Positions 40,168 through 51,900 of a stretch of 64,000 nucleotides of DNA are shown piece after piece; position 1 is the first letter of the stretch, and each line of letters opens with the position of its first letter. The notes beneath the pieces were generated by a model, which was not told the origin of the DNA, made no database searches, and worked only from the letters and a program-made list of their open reading frames with translations. The position numbers and the translations under genes are program-made. The DNA comes from Nemertoderma westbladi. Lineage: Eukaryota > Animalia > Xenacoelomorpha. The DNA lies in assembly GCA_032718475.1 (NCBI GenBank), contig JAUCBJ010007720.1, positions 65,514-129,513 on the forward strand, written 5' to 3'.

Positions 40168-43100
40168 TTAAACGGGTTTAGCATTGTCACCAATGTCCGC
40201 AGCAGGATCCGGAGTAGGGAAATTATCACCTCTCTTGGAGTCACCACTGTCTTTGCCATCAAGAAGGCACAGCCTCTGGATAGGGCGGTGGTAGTGGCCC
40301 TTTGGCGTCCATATCGTCACTGTCCTCGCAAGTCCGTCCTTGCTTGGGGTTATTTCCATGACTCGTGCCACAGGCCAGTGGACGCGGTCTTTAAGGTCTT
40401 CCTTACCAAGCACCATGTCGCCAACTGCGATGTTCCGGTAGGTGTTATTCAACTTCCTCCTGGTCCGGAGGGTTATGAGGTACTCTTGGGCCCAGATTCT
40501 CCACCAGTGCGCTGCCAGCGCTTGGGCCTTTTTCCAGTTGGTGTGTCTCGCAATATCATTGGGATCTGGGAACATTGCCTCCGGAAGAATGTTGGTCTTG
40601 GGTCTTCCAAGTAGATGGTTGGGTATAAGAGGCTCCAGATCTGTAGGGTCATTGTGGATGGGTACGATTGGCCGGTTATTTAGGGTGGCAGTGATCTCGC
40701 AGAATGCAGTGCGAAGGGTGTCGTGGGTTACCCGGGTATCCCCTAATGCGACACGCATGGATCGTTTCACCAAGTCGATGAGTTTCTCCCATACCCCACT
40801 CGTGTGGGGTGCTAAGGGCGTTTGGAAATGCCATTGTATATCCAGACTTGGGATGCGGTCTCGTCAGTGAACCATCCCTCGATAGCCTCTCTGAGTTCCC
40901 TTTCTCCTCCCACGAAGTTCGTTCCATTATCGGAGTACATATGCCGGCATGATCCGTTGTTTGCCACAAACCGACGCAGAGCGTTGATAAAGGTGTGCTG
41001 CGTGAGGTTTACTACAAGGTCTAGGTAAATCGCCCTTGACCTAAGGCATGTGAAGATGGCTCCCCAGCATTTGATGTTGGATCGTCGCTCGATGACTGTA
41101 AATGGTCTGAAACAATCTACTCCGGTTACATAGAACGGCGGTGAATCGGATTGCAGCCGTGTAGCCGGTTGGTCGGCCATTCTTTGGATGAGTAGTGGCG
41201 CTAGGTATCGTCTGCAAGGGAAACATCGTTTTAAGACTTTCCGGATCAGTGGCTGGATGTGGGTGATCCAATATCTTTGCCAGATGTTGGTCATAATCCA
41301 GTTCTGGCCCACGTGATGGTTTTCCTCGTGACACTGCTGGGTTAATAGCTTCGCTAGTGTTGATGTTCCGGGCAGAAGTGCCGGGTATTTGACTTCATAT
41401 TCAACCGGGGCGTTCGCCATCCGGGTATTTAGTCGGATCAGTCCATCTTCCCCCATCATGGGTCTCAACTGGTAGACTGGGCTGTCAGGTTTCAAAGTCC
41501 TGCCTCTGCTGAGCTGTTCCCATTCATCGGGGAAACTTTCTTTCTGGACGTATCTCACAATACATTTCTCCGCAATAATGAGTTCTTGTATACTTCATCG
41601 AACTATCGGTTTATTATCCTTCCACCGCAGGAAGTTGCAAAGAGTCATGATGTGGTGGATAAGACGTCTCATTGAGGAGGTTCGCTCTATCAATAGTTGT
41701 AAGGACGCGGCTGGTTGCGCAGTAGTCGCAACATTATAGTGCCTGCCCGAGTCCTTTGCAGGCTCAGTCAGGCAACTCTAGATTTCCATGGTGGCGCTTC
41801 CATGGACTTTGCGAATCTCCTTGTCGTCTTCCGAATATTTCCCGCTATCTAGTTCGGGATCGAATCGGGTGCTCCAGGTTAGTTGTGGTTGCTTTAAGAA
41901 CCCCGGGCCTGTGATCCAAAGTTTACTCTTACCGAGCTGTCGTGGGGTGGTGCCTCTGCTCGATAAGTCCGCTGGGTTTTCTTTCCCGTTTACGTGGTGC
42001 CACTGTTCTCGGTTGGTACATTGTTTTATTTCCGTGGCTCGGTTCGATACGAACGTGGTGTGTCGCCGTGATGATGAGTGTAGGTAGTAAAGCACGATAC
42101 TCAAATCAACCCAGAAATGCTGCGATTCAATGGGGATTCTTAGGTTCCGCATGATCATGCGGTTCTGCCTCACTGCCCAGATTGTGGCCTGCAGCTCGAG
42201 TCTCGGGATTGTTGCCACGAATTCCCCGGATACCGTCTTGGCTTTGGAGAATAAGAAGCTTGTATCACCATTTCCATCCTGACTTAATCTTCTTAGGAAG
42301 GTAACTACGCCGATTCCGGTATTCGATGCATCCGAGAAAGTATGGAGCTGGAATATATCGGTGGGTAGTTTGTCGAGGAAGAACGGTCGAGGGATCCGCA
42401 TGAGGTGTAGCTGTTCGAGTTGTTCCGTCCACTTCTTCCATTTGGCACTGAGGTGTGGGGGGAGTTCTTCATCCCATCCCAGTCCTTCTATCCACATTTC
42501 TTTGATCAAATTCATTCCGGCCAATGTGGCCAAAATCTGGCCAAAAAGGCGACCTGGGGATATGAAGTTTAATGGATCAAATATGGTGCTCTTTACAGAT
42601 AAATATCCCCTCTTTGTCATTGGTTTGGGCAGAGGGTTATGTTTGAAGATGAACTGATCCAGTGAACTGATGCACTGATTTCTTCCGGGAACCTTTCCAT
42701 AAGTTCCTTATCGTGGGATCTAAACTTCACAAGAGGGAAACCTCCTCTCTTTAAACATTCCACCATTCCCATAGCCAGCTGATATGCCTCGTAAACGTTC
42801 TCGGCACCAGCGCATCCATCGTCTACGTAGAAACATCGTCGATTGTCTCTATGACTGTCGGAGGGAACTCATTTTCATACATAGTCGCTGTTTTCTTCAA
42901 CATGTCGCTACATGCAACCGGTGAGTCCTTAGCACCGAAGATTCTGACAATCATGCGTATTACGTCCTTTATTACGTCTTTATCTCTTGTAGAGTCAATG
43001 TTTTATCTGTCCACAATATAGGTAGGCCGTCTGAGTCTCTTGGTAGCGTTTGGACCTGGTGGAACATCGCTTTGATGTCGCATGTGAAGGCTATTTTGTT

Positions 43101-43425
43101 TTCTCAGAACCTGATCAATACGCCGATCAGTGTACTATAGATGTTGGGCCCGGTGTAAAGTTGGCTGTTTAAGGATTCGCCCTGGCACATAGCCGCAGCA
43201 TCATTCACTACCCAGATTTTGCCGCTCTTCCGGGCTTCCACCACATAGTGGGTCAGGAGATAATATGTCCGTCTAGTCCCCTGCAGTTCATTCGGGGGCA
43301 CCATTTCTGCCTATCCATCTTCTAAATAACCTTTAATCACATTATTATATTTATCTTTTATCTCAGGTAGCTCGTTTAACTGGCGTAAGATGCCTTTAAG
43401 CCTCCTTAGGGCCATGCTGGCGTTA
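40168..43425 (-). pseudogene. Fragmented BEL/Pao pol (RT, RNase H, integrase) of element 1
   Basis: 43104..43304 is the RT N-part (LNSQLYTGPN). FYVDD lies at ~42820. 41778..42620 is RNase H/Peptidase_A17-like (FSDAS, IPRLEL, NPADLSSRG). 40812..41558 is integrase (H..H, CFPC, GVDCF, SDNGTNF). 40168..40773 is the integrase C-terminus. There are multiple stops and frameshifts. Confidence 0.92.
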
Positions 43426-44146
43426 ATGGATTATTGGATCGAGGGGTGGCGTCCCGTTCCGAGTCCTTTTCAGGCTCGTACTGGGGAACGCTCGGTGCCG
43501 TAGGGTTGGAAGGGAAATAGGGTTCCTCGTCTTTAAGCGTAACCGGTGGGGGGTGGAATGCCAGTGCTTGTGCCAATAATGTGGACCGTATAATTGGCGG
43601 GAACTCGGGTTTCGGAGGTTTCGCAGCCGGTGGCGTAAATGACTTTTCTAATTCCGGGACCAGGATTGGTTCATAGTCCTGTTCTATACCCCTTTCCCAG
43701 TGCTCGTATAGTTGAAGGTCCCGTTTTATGAGTGCTGCTTCGTAGTCTGCGAGTTTAGCAATATCCACATTTTTTTTGTGAATAAGAATCGCTTGGGCCT
43801 CGGCACTTCATTTACGCATTTCGGCCTCTTGTTTCCGTATTTCGGCCTGTTGTTCGGCCTCTACTTTACGCATTTCGGCCTCTTGTTTACGTTGTTCAGC
43901 CTGTTGTTCGGCCTCATTACGTTGTTCAGCCTGTTGTTCGGCCTCAAGTTTACGTTGTTCAGTCCGTTGTTCGGCTTCTACTTTACGCATTTTGGCCTCT
44001 TGTTTTTGTCGTTTGGCCTCTTGTTTCCGTATCTCGGCCTGTATTTCGGCCTCCTGTTTATGTCTTTCCTCAGCTAGTACATCCTGTTCGATCTGTAATT
44101 GGATGTATTCGCCCGAAATTACATCGAAATGATCGCCTATTAACAC
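43426..44146 (-). pseudogene. Gag N-terminal coiled-coil fragment of element 1
   Basis: E/Q/K/A repeats (KQEAEMRKVEAEQQAE) are followed by a Pro-rich segment. This joins directly to RT-proximal sequence (NASMALRRLKGIL...), so the gag core, knuckles and protease are missing. Confidence 0.65.
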
Positions 44147-45954
44147 AATTCATGGCAGGCCTAAGAGAGTCTAAACTTCGCCAAGAGGTGCTCAAGGCAC
44201 CAATGAACTGTCTAACAATCGAGGATCGAGTGCAAGAATACTCGAGGCTAGTCAGTCTGTAGATATGGCGCTAGAGAAGCCAGGCATGTTACATAATCCA
44301 GTAGCTTCTATGTATATTTCAGATACTGAAAAAGTGAATGGGGAATTATTATGTGCTGTCAAAAGATCGGCATACAAATCACAAATGCAGTATATAGTAA
44401 GGGACTGGCATTTAATGTCAGAATTGCAGGCGTCCACATGGTAAAGATAAATGTTTCACTGTTTTACTGTAAGATCTAGTAGTGTATACCGGCTCGTACA
44501 GTATCTGACAATACATCCCAGCCCAGGGTGTCTAAATAAACAGATACTAAATACGCAAACTACTAATGGCAAGGAACGGAGCCTGGTATCTATTCTAATA
44601 CGTGGGCGAGTCAAATGCCCGGGCGAACTAGACAAAACAGGATACCCAGCCTCTAACCGGTGATGCAGATGTACAGTCTACGGTGACAGACCAAACTCAC
44701 GAGGAAACAATCCCCGCGCAGCGAATCCTAACTATCGCTAACGGACCTAAATACCGTAAACTTGCCACGGTGTGATTTATATACGAGCTAGTGGATTAAC
44801 AGACTAGTGTAACAATACTACTAACAAGCGGTAGCAGTCAAAGGGGGGTAGTAACTAAAGTAACAATACTGCTGACAGGGGCAAAGCAGTCAAAAGGGTG
44901 CATGCCATCTAAAACCGTAAAACTAAATACTAAATATCTCCTAAAATTACAAACTACAAATGGTAGAACTGCAGAATAGATCCTACTGAAAGTAACCTAA
45001 AGTAAGCTAGTAGCTAGTAGGTCTCGAAGGGGGTATATATATGTTTTAGGACGTGTGTGTGCGTGTTACGAGTAAAACAATTTTGGTGTATTCCATTGTA
45101 CTAGGTTTTAGTGATTTTAATCAAAACAATACTGGGCGCTAGCTACTAAAATAAGCTAGTCGCGCTCTGTAGGTTTAATACTTACAAACTGACGTCAAAG
45201 CTCTCTCCTCCTTATCCACAACTCAACCGGGCAATTACGGTGTTAGTAACTACACCCGTGATCGGCACTAATACCAGATTCTGATTGTGAGATAAGAGAA
45301 TAGGTGTTAATTACTACCGTACGTAGCTGATCTCGTACTAATTTGATTCTAGAACTTTGTTACTGCAGTGGTTAGCAGTAAATACCTATCAGTACGTGGC
45401 AAGGCATGGTAGGATATTAGTAACCTCCCTAGGCCAAGCATGTGTCGGTAGCAGAAATGCTGCTCCTTGCCTGATCAAATATTTCGGGCTCAGACAGGGG
45501 TGGGCAAATGTATAAACTACAAAGTGAACCGGTGCAGAACTGTCAGTACTGCAAATCACTAAATTATAAAACATGTGCTATCCGCACCTAAAGTGTACTT
45601 GCGCATACTAACGAACAGCAATAGTTCACACCTGTAGGAGATACAGGTTAATCCGGGGATTTTGCTTGTTTGCTCCTGTCTAAGTCTAAAATATTTGAAC
45701 CTACATTTTACGGCGTCCCAGGACGGCGTCATGCTTACCCTGATCTATAGGTCTTACTGTGGGCAAGGGCGTCAAACAAAGTCTTACCTTCCTCTGACGT
45801 GGGCGCTGTATGGCAATGGGGCATGCTTCGAACGGGCGCGCGGGCGAATCTAGTGTGGGCGCTTAGCGTGTTGTGGACATCTTTCCCTGAGTTGCTGACG
45901 GCCGAACGGTTTAGGCAGCCATCTCCCAAATGCTTGGATGTCCCAAAGGTGGAC

Positions 45955-46494
45955 TGTTAGCTTATTCAATCCCGCTAACACCCCATAAAGTTATAAGCCG
46001 ATAAGCAATATTGGGAGCCACGAGATTGGGTAATTAACCAACTCGTGCCATCCCAATAAGAATGGGAAGGAGAAGCACACAATGAGGGTCAGGGGCCAAA
46101 CCCCTAACCCAGAGAGAATAGGTGGAGTGAACGGGAACACTCCAAAGGGCGCCAACAAGGGTATCAACCAATCAGAGGGGGGAAAGGCATCGATTAGGTA
46201 GAGTAACAAGGCCAACCGTGCAATATAGCCACTTGGCAGTAATCATACCAATTCAGTTATCTCAGTGCAATACCGGTGCTAGATTAGGTTACATAGTTTT
46301 AGATAGGGAAGGACCGGGACTTTAGTTACCGTATCCCGCCTTCCATATACGACAATATTATATCTATATCTATATCTATATCTGCATATCATATTATATA
46401 CGACAAACAGTACAAACTCATTTACTCTTTATACACGGCGGGGACGCGTGAACTAAAACCGGATAAACCGGGATTCCTCTTGGATCCCGTCACA
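45955..46494 (+). repeat. 5' LTR of element 2 (540 bp)
   Basis: Direct repeat of 57323..57866 with TG...CA ends. By eye it differs by about 4 substitutions plus changes in the TATATC microsatellite. Confidence 0.97.
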
Positions 46495-46561
46495 GTAACT
46501 AAACCAGCTGCCGCCCTAGATAAACTCTGTAACCACCAGCCACCAAATCTGCAGGGGAAAG

Positions 46562-48946
46562 ATGAGTCAGTCGGGTGAGATAACACCGACGCGGACCCCG
46601 GACGAAGAGCTAACGATCCGCGAGGCCGCAACCAGGCGATATAGGCCCACGACGCCGGACCCATCGGTAACGGGTCATCCGGCAGTTCAGGACGAGGGGG
46701 GCCTGGAACCCGAGGTCGAGCCGAGAGGAAGAGAGAGCGAGACGGAGGGAGAAGGAGACGAGTCGACACGGGACGGGGGTCGACGCACCGGTGTCGCCGG
46801 CCAGCCACAGGCCGAGGGCGACGAGCGGCCCACCGAAACGGCGACGGTGGGGCCGACGGTGCGGCCCCGGACGCAGAGAGACGAAGGAGATATCGGTACC
46901 GATGTCGCCGGCCAGCTACAGGCCGAGGGCGACGAACGGCCCACCGGAACGGCGACGGTGGGGCCGCCGGTACGACGTCGAACCCGGAGAGACGGACGAG
47001 GGGTCGGCGACGAGGACGTCGGGGTTTCTGAGCGACTTCGACGGGCCTACAACGCGACCCGGAGACTACTAGAGGAGGCCAGAAAGGGGAAAACGATAGA
47101 CGAGGTAAAACTGAAGTCAGGACTAGGTAAGTCGGACAGACATTTATACTATCTAATGCGTTTCGGGCAGAGAGAATTGGCCGAGGAGAGAGCGAGAAAG
47201 GTTGCCGAGGAACTGTATGACTCATGGCGGCATGGGGGTATACAACCTAGTGTAGTGTACATAGGGCCATATTTAATCGATGCCCGGGGTATAAAATTAA
47301 TGGGTTGGAACAGACCTGAAGGGGGCGAATCCGAGGTTAACCCCGAGGATTCGGCCTCGTCGGTCGGAGGGAGTTCCGGGAGGAGGGGGAAAGTTAGTAG
47401 ATCGGGAAGGCGGAGGGAGTCCGTCGTAACCGATAAGTCTGCTACATCCTCCGCGAAAGAAAGACTGGTGAGAGAGGCAGGTGCCGCGTACCGTCTCGAG
47501 CTGATAGAGCAAGGTCAGAGGGAAATGGATAAACGGCTAGAGGAGGGGAGAATGCGGCTAGAGAGGGAAGCGGCATTGATTAGAGAAACCGGAGAGAGGG
47601 CCGAAAGGGCTTTGAGAGGCCTTAGGGAGTGTGAGGAAATAGAGGAAAAGGAGTGTAGGGAACGTGAGGCGAGAGAGGAAAGGGAACGCAAAGAGCGCGA
47701 GGCGGAACGCAAGGAACATGAGGCGAGAGAAGAAAGGGCACGCAAGGAGCGTGAGGCAAGGGAGGAAAAGGAACGCAAAGAGCGTGAGGCGGAACGCAAG
47801 GAGCATGAGGCGAGAAAGGAAAGTGAACGTAAGGAGCGTGAAGCGAGGCGAAGGGAGAGTGCTAGGAAAGTAGTAGAGTTGGCTGAGCGGGACACGCGGG
47901 AGTGTGAGAGGAGAATGGCAGGAGCCGAGCGAGACCATGAGGAATTAAAGAGACGCCAAAGTGAGCTTGGGGAACATAGGGTTAGACGCGCGCACGAGCT
48001 GCAACTGGTGCGGGCGGGGGCGTCTGAGAGCGAGACAGGCTCGAGTATTTTAGAGGAGCCAGGGGCCGTGGATACATTTATTAATACCCCACTTACAGGG
48101 ACCGCACGACAGACCCAAAACTGGTGTGACCGTACGGGCGGGGGGGGGGGGGGGGGGGGGGGTAATAATGATAATGGTACAGTAGACGTGGTTAATATTA
48201 ATAGTACCGTATGGGATAATTCTAATCAAACCTTTATTGCAGGAAATACTTTGCCTAGTGGTAGTAATTTAAATTTAAATCAGAACAATCTTAATATTAA
48301 TGTAGAAAATAATCCTAATATTAATGTAGCTACGCAAAATAATCCAAATAATCAAAATAATAATAATTCAAATAATTTAATTAATGAGCCAAGCCCGAAT
48401 TTACAAGATAATTCAAATGATTTTATTTCGAACGAACAAGTTAATTCCATTCCCAATACAGGTGCTATTAATGTAAACACGTCGGGCGTGTATGGCCAGA
48501 CAGATGGGGCCCAGGTAGGCCACGTAATTGGTAGGCAGGGAGTGGCTGGGTTAGGTAGACCCGGCGAGGGCCTGGTAGGCCACGTAGTTGGTAGGCAGGG
48601 AGTGGCTGGGTTGGATGGACCCAGCGAGGGCCTGGTAGGCCACGTAGTTGGTAGGCAGGGAGTGGCTGGGTTGGATGGACCCAGCGAGGGCCAGGTAGGC
48701 CGCATAGTCGGTAGGCAGGGAGCAGAGGGCCTGGTAGGCCACGCAATAGCAGAGAGAGAGGCGGGGGTGAATAGACCCGACCGCGGTAGGGTTGATGTGT
48801 CTACTAGAGAGGGATATAGTAGCGGGATGAGAGATAGCGAAGTTAGATGTGGCGAGTGGGGGGGGGGGGCTACGAGAGCCCCACAACAGCGAGTTAGCGG
48901 CGAAAAGGGGGGGGGCAGAGAGTGTCCCACAGCCGTCAGCGGATAA
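46562..48946 (+). CDS. Gag N-terminal region of element 2 (coiled-coil, low complexity); probably continuous with the downstream gag-pol
   Basis: 794-aa ORF starting 68 nt after the LTR. It has an E/R/K-rich coiled coil, an Asn-rich segment and 20-aa repeats, and overlaps the next ORF across a G run at ~48857-48869. Confidence 0.75.
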   Translation: MSQSGEITPTRTPDEELTIREAATRRYRPTTPDPSVTGHPAVQDEGGLEPEVEPRGRESETEGEGDESTRDGGRRTGVAGQPQAEGDERPTETATVGPTVRPRTQRDEGDIGTDVAGQLQAEGDERPTGTATVGPPVRRRTRRDGRGVGDEDVGVSERLRRAYNATRRLLEEARKGKTIDEVKLKSGLGKSDRHLYYLMRFGQRELAEERARKVAEELYDSWRHGGIQPSVVYIGPYLIDARGIKLMGWNRPEGGESEVNPEDSASSVGGSSGRRGKVSRSGRRRESVVTDKSATSSAKERLVREAGAAYRLELIEQGQREMDKRLEEGRMRLEREAALIRETGERAERALRGLRECEEIEEKECREREAREERERKEREAERKEHEAREERARKEREAREEKERKEREAERKEHEARKESERKEREARRRESARKVVELAERDTRECERRMAGAERDHEELKRRQSELGEHRVRRAHELQLVRAGASESETGSSILEEPGAVDTFINTPLTGTARQTQNWCDRTGGGGGGGGGNNDNGTVDVVNINSTVWDNSNQTFIAGNTLPSGSNLNLNQNNLNINVENNPNINVATQNNPNNQNNNNSNNLINEPSPNLQDNSNDFISNEQVNSIPNTGAINVNTSGVYGQTDGAQVGHVIGRQGVAGLGRPGEGLVGHVVGRQGVAGLDGPSEGLVGHVVGRQGVAGLDGPSEGQVGRIVGRQGAEGLVGHAIAEREAGVNRPDRGRVDVSTREGYSSGMRDSEVRCGEWGGGATRAPQQRVSGEKGGGRECPTAVSG

Positions 48947-51900
48947 TGCGAGGGCCGAAATAGGTAAACCGCAACAACCGGCGACAGAAAGTAATAGGGG
49001 GATTGCGAGTATCCCCAGCGGCGTGCGACCGAGCAGAGAGAGACAGGTTGACGTCGTGAGAGGGCGGACGAAGCGTCGAGCCCGATCGGAAGAGGGAAGA
49101 AGAACAGTGGGGTTTAACCGGGAGGTCGACGAGAGATCTCACGAGCGGGAATACTCCACTGAAAGGAGAAGAAGAGAAGACAGTAGTAGAAGTATCGCCG
49201 CGAACGATAGAAGAGCGAGGACGGATAGCGAGCCGTCGGTAGTCGAGATGAGAACAGAGAGTCAGTGGGGTCGGACTCCGGGAGATTGCCATCGCCCCGG
49301 AGAGATGCGACCCGGCGAGGCGCACTACGCGCCGAGAGAGGGGTACGCGATGTACCGGTACGAAGATGAGAACAGTAGAGAGGGGGGTCGAAGAGAAACT
49401 TTCCGACGGAATATACCTACCGATCGAGAATACGGTAGCCGCGGGGAGGATTATTCGAGAAGAATAAACTTCGATCCCGAACAACACATGCAGACTGTAG
49501 GACATACTGTATGCCTTACTGCACATACCGTAGGCCATACTGAGAGAGGCAATGTAGGCGATAGGATAGCGTGGACAACGGGATTAAACCCGGAAGTCGC
49601 GGAATACATACCGGCGGGTAGGCCAGAAGCTGATAGGCCTATACCGGTACCAGTACAGCAGTATGACTACAGCATGCAGGGACATAACATATACCCAGGG
49701 GAGGGGGGAATTATTGCGGATAGGTGCATGGGCCCCAACATATTAACATCAACCCCAGTACCAAACATACCGGTGGGGGGGGGACAGGGTGACATTCCCC
49801 CATCACAATATCAACAATATACCCCGATAGGAGCAAGAACAACGAGACCCTTGCATGAGAATAGGTCGTGTGATACAGACATATGGAGGGGGCCACTACC
49901 CCCGATGACATACCCAAGTCAGAGAAAGTCAAGAAATAGGACAGACGGAACGCACCAGACAGGAGAAACTATACAGCATCCGTCGAACCCATTGGAAGCA
50001 CAGGCGATGGGGATGGCCACGTTGATCGACGCGTTGAAAACGAGGATCGAGCTACCACCCGTGGAACCATTCAAATTCGATGGGAGCAGGCCGGAAGAAT
50101 ATCTACAGTTTTGGCGCATGTATAGTAACGAAATACTAACAAAAAACTTGACGCAGGTGGAGTGCCTAAAGTATCTGCAAGTGTACACGGGAGGCCCAGC
50201 ATACGATATCGTGAGGCAATATCAAGGAATAGAGGGCGGCTTCACGACAGCATGGCGGGCACTGGATAGGGAATACGGGCACCCGGCCAAGATCATCAGA
50301 CAGACGTTGAGAGGCATAACATCGGGTGGCCTACAGGATAATCCCATTAGCATTAAGACATTTGCTAACAAAGTTGAAAAGGCGCTAATCGTGCTGAAGA
50401 CGCTAGACGCGCCATACGAGCTCAACGCGTCCAACAACATCACCACGATAGCGCAGGCACTACCGAGCTGGCTGCGCAACAAGTGGAGGAAAATCGCCTT
50501 CTCCACTCGAGATAAGAAGGGTGCGGAACCGGGTTTAGAAGAAATGTCAAACTTCTTAAACTACGAGGCTGAGCTAATAACTGACCCAGTCTATAGCGAA
50601 GACAGCCTGGGAAAGGGACCGAAGACAGACTACCATAGACCGAAACCAGAGCACAACACATCAAACGCATTACCGAGACTCAGGCAATCATTGCCATATG
50701 CAGCGACGCAGGGGACTGCAAGTCCACAGCTAGCCGAGGATAAGACAACACCATGGAACGGACAGGGAAACAATAACAACACGAATAAACATAACCCCAG
50801 TACGTCCAGTAGGCTAAATCCAAACAATAAGAATAGTAGGGACTTTGGTACAAACGCAACTGCGATACGCAATGCACTGTATAAAGAGGGCTACGACCCA
50901 AAGAGCAAATGCCAGCTACACGCAAATGCGCTTCATCAAACCATGAACTGCAGGTACTGGCAGGCGCTACCTAGGCAGGATCAGATAGATTATGCGTTCA
51001 GCAATAAAATCTGCTCGCGATGTGTAATGAGTGGACATAGAGCAAGGGAGTGCAAGGAGAAGCCAATAAAATTTGGTCAAAGGAGAGGCCAAACGATGGC
51101 GACCAGCACAGTAGGGGCGAAGAAGAGGGGAACGGTGTTACTTGGAGTAGTACCAGTGCGAGTGATCGGGGAAGGCAATCGATCAGTAACAACACTAATG
51201 CTGGTTGATAGTGGAGCTGCTTTCACATTAGTCGAGGGATGGGTGGCCGAGGAGATAGGATTGAGAACGAGGCCAAGCAGGATGGCGGTAACAACCATCT
51301 CTAGCAAAGATGAGATCCTGGAGATGAGAACAGGACGGTGCGCAATTGCAGCAATGGCACCAGGATGCGACTATGGGGCAACCATCGACCCCATCCAAGT
51401 GATAGAGTCAATTAATATTAATGCCAGGCGACCAACCAACATCGAGGTCGAGCAGTATAAATTCCTGGACGACATTGACTTCTCAATCCCAGACGTGGAC
51501 GTTAGGAAGGTGTCCATCATAGTAGGCATGGACTGCCCAACGGCCCACGAAAGAATGCAAACGGTCTTCGGCGAAGACAAGCAGAGTGACCCAGTGGCCA
51601 TATTAACACCATTCGGGTGGACGCTGAGTGGTCCAATTAAGAGCAAGATACCATTTAGGATGTCGGAGACATCAGGATGCATGTTCGCGGGAACAATGCA
51701 GGAAATGGGTAAGGAGGGAGCAGAGGAGCAGCTTAAAAGACTGTTCAGACAGGATTTCGAGGGACTGAAAGAAACCGGAGTCGGGACCTCAGTAGAAGAC
51801 AAGCGGGCTCTACAAAGCGTGGAGGAATCAATGACATGCGATGAGGGACGGTATACTATAGGAATGGTATGGAAACTACCGAAGATACCGCTGCCCGACA

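Larger units (their letters stand above)
34762..45954 (-). mobile_element. Decayed BEL/Pao LTR retrotransposon (element 1) with internal gag-protease deletion, an accessory gene and no visible 5' LTR
   Basis: The minus-strand order is coiled-coil gag fragment, RT (FYVDD), RNase H (FSDAS), integrase (HHCC, YSDNGTNF), C-terminal W..W..EYL domain, accessory ORF(s), PPT, LTR. The right boundary is inferred from the start of element 2. Confidence 0.85.

Noticed and set aside
44851-44859. GTAACTAAA as the PBS of element 1
   Set aside because: It is in the wrong orientation for a minus-strand element and is not adjacent to an LTR end.
45991-46215. Hydrophobic 74/86-aa ORFs (also 57359..57619)
   Set aside because: These are antisense ORFs inside the LTRs, duplicated only because the LTR is. 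The hydrophobicity follows from purine skew.
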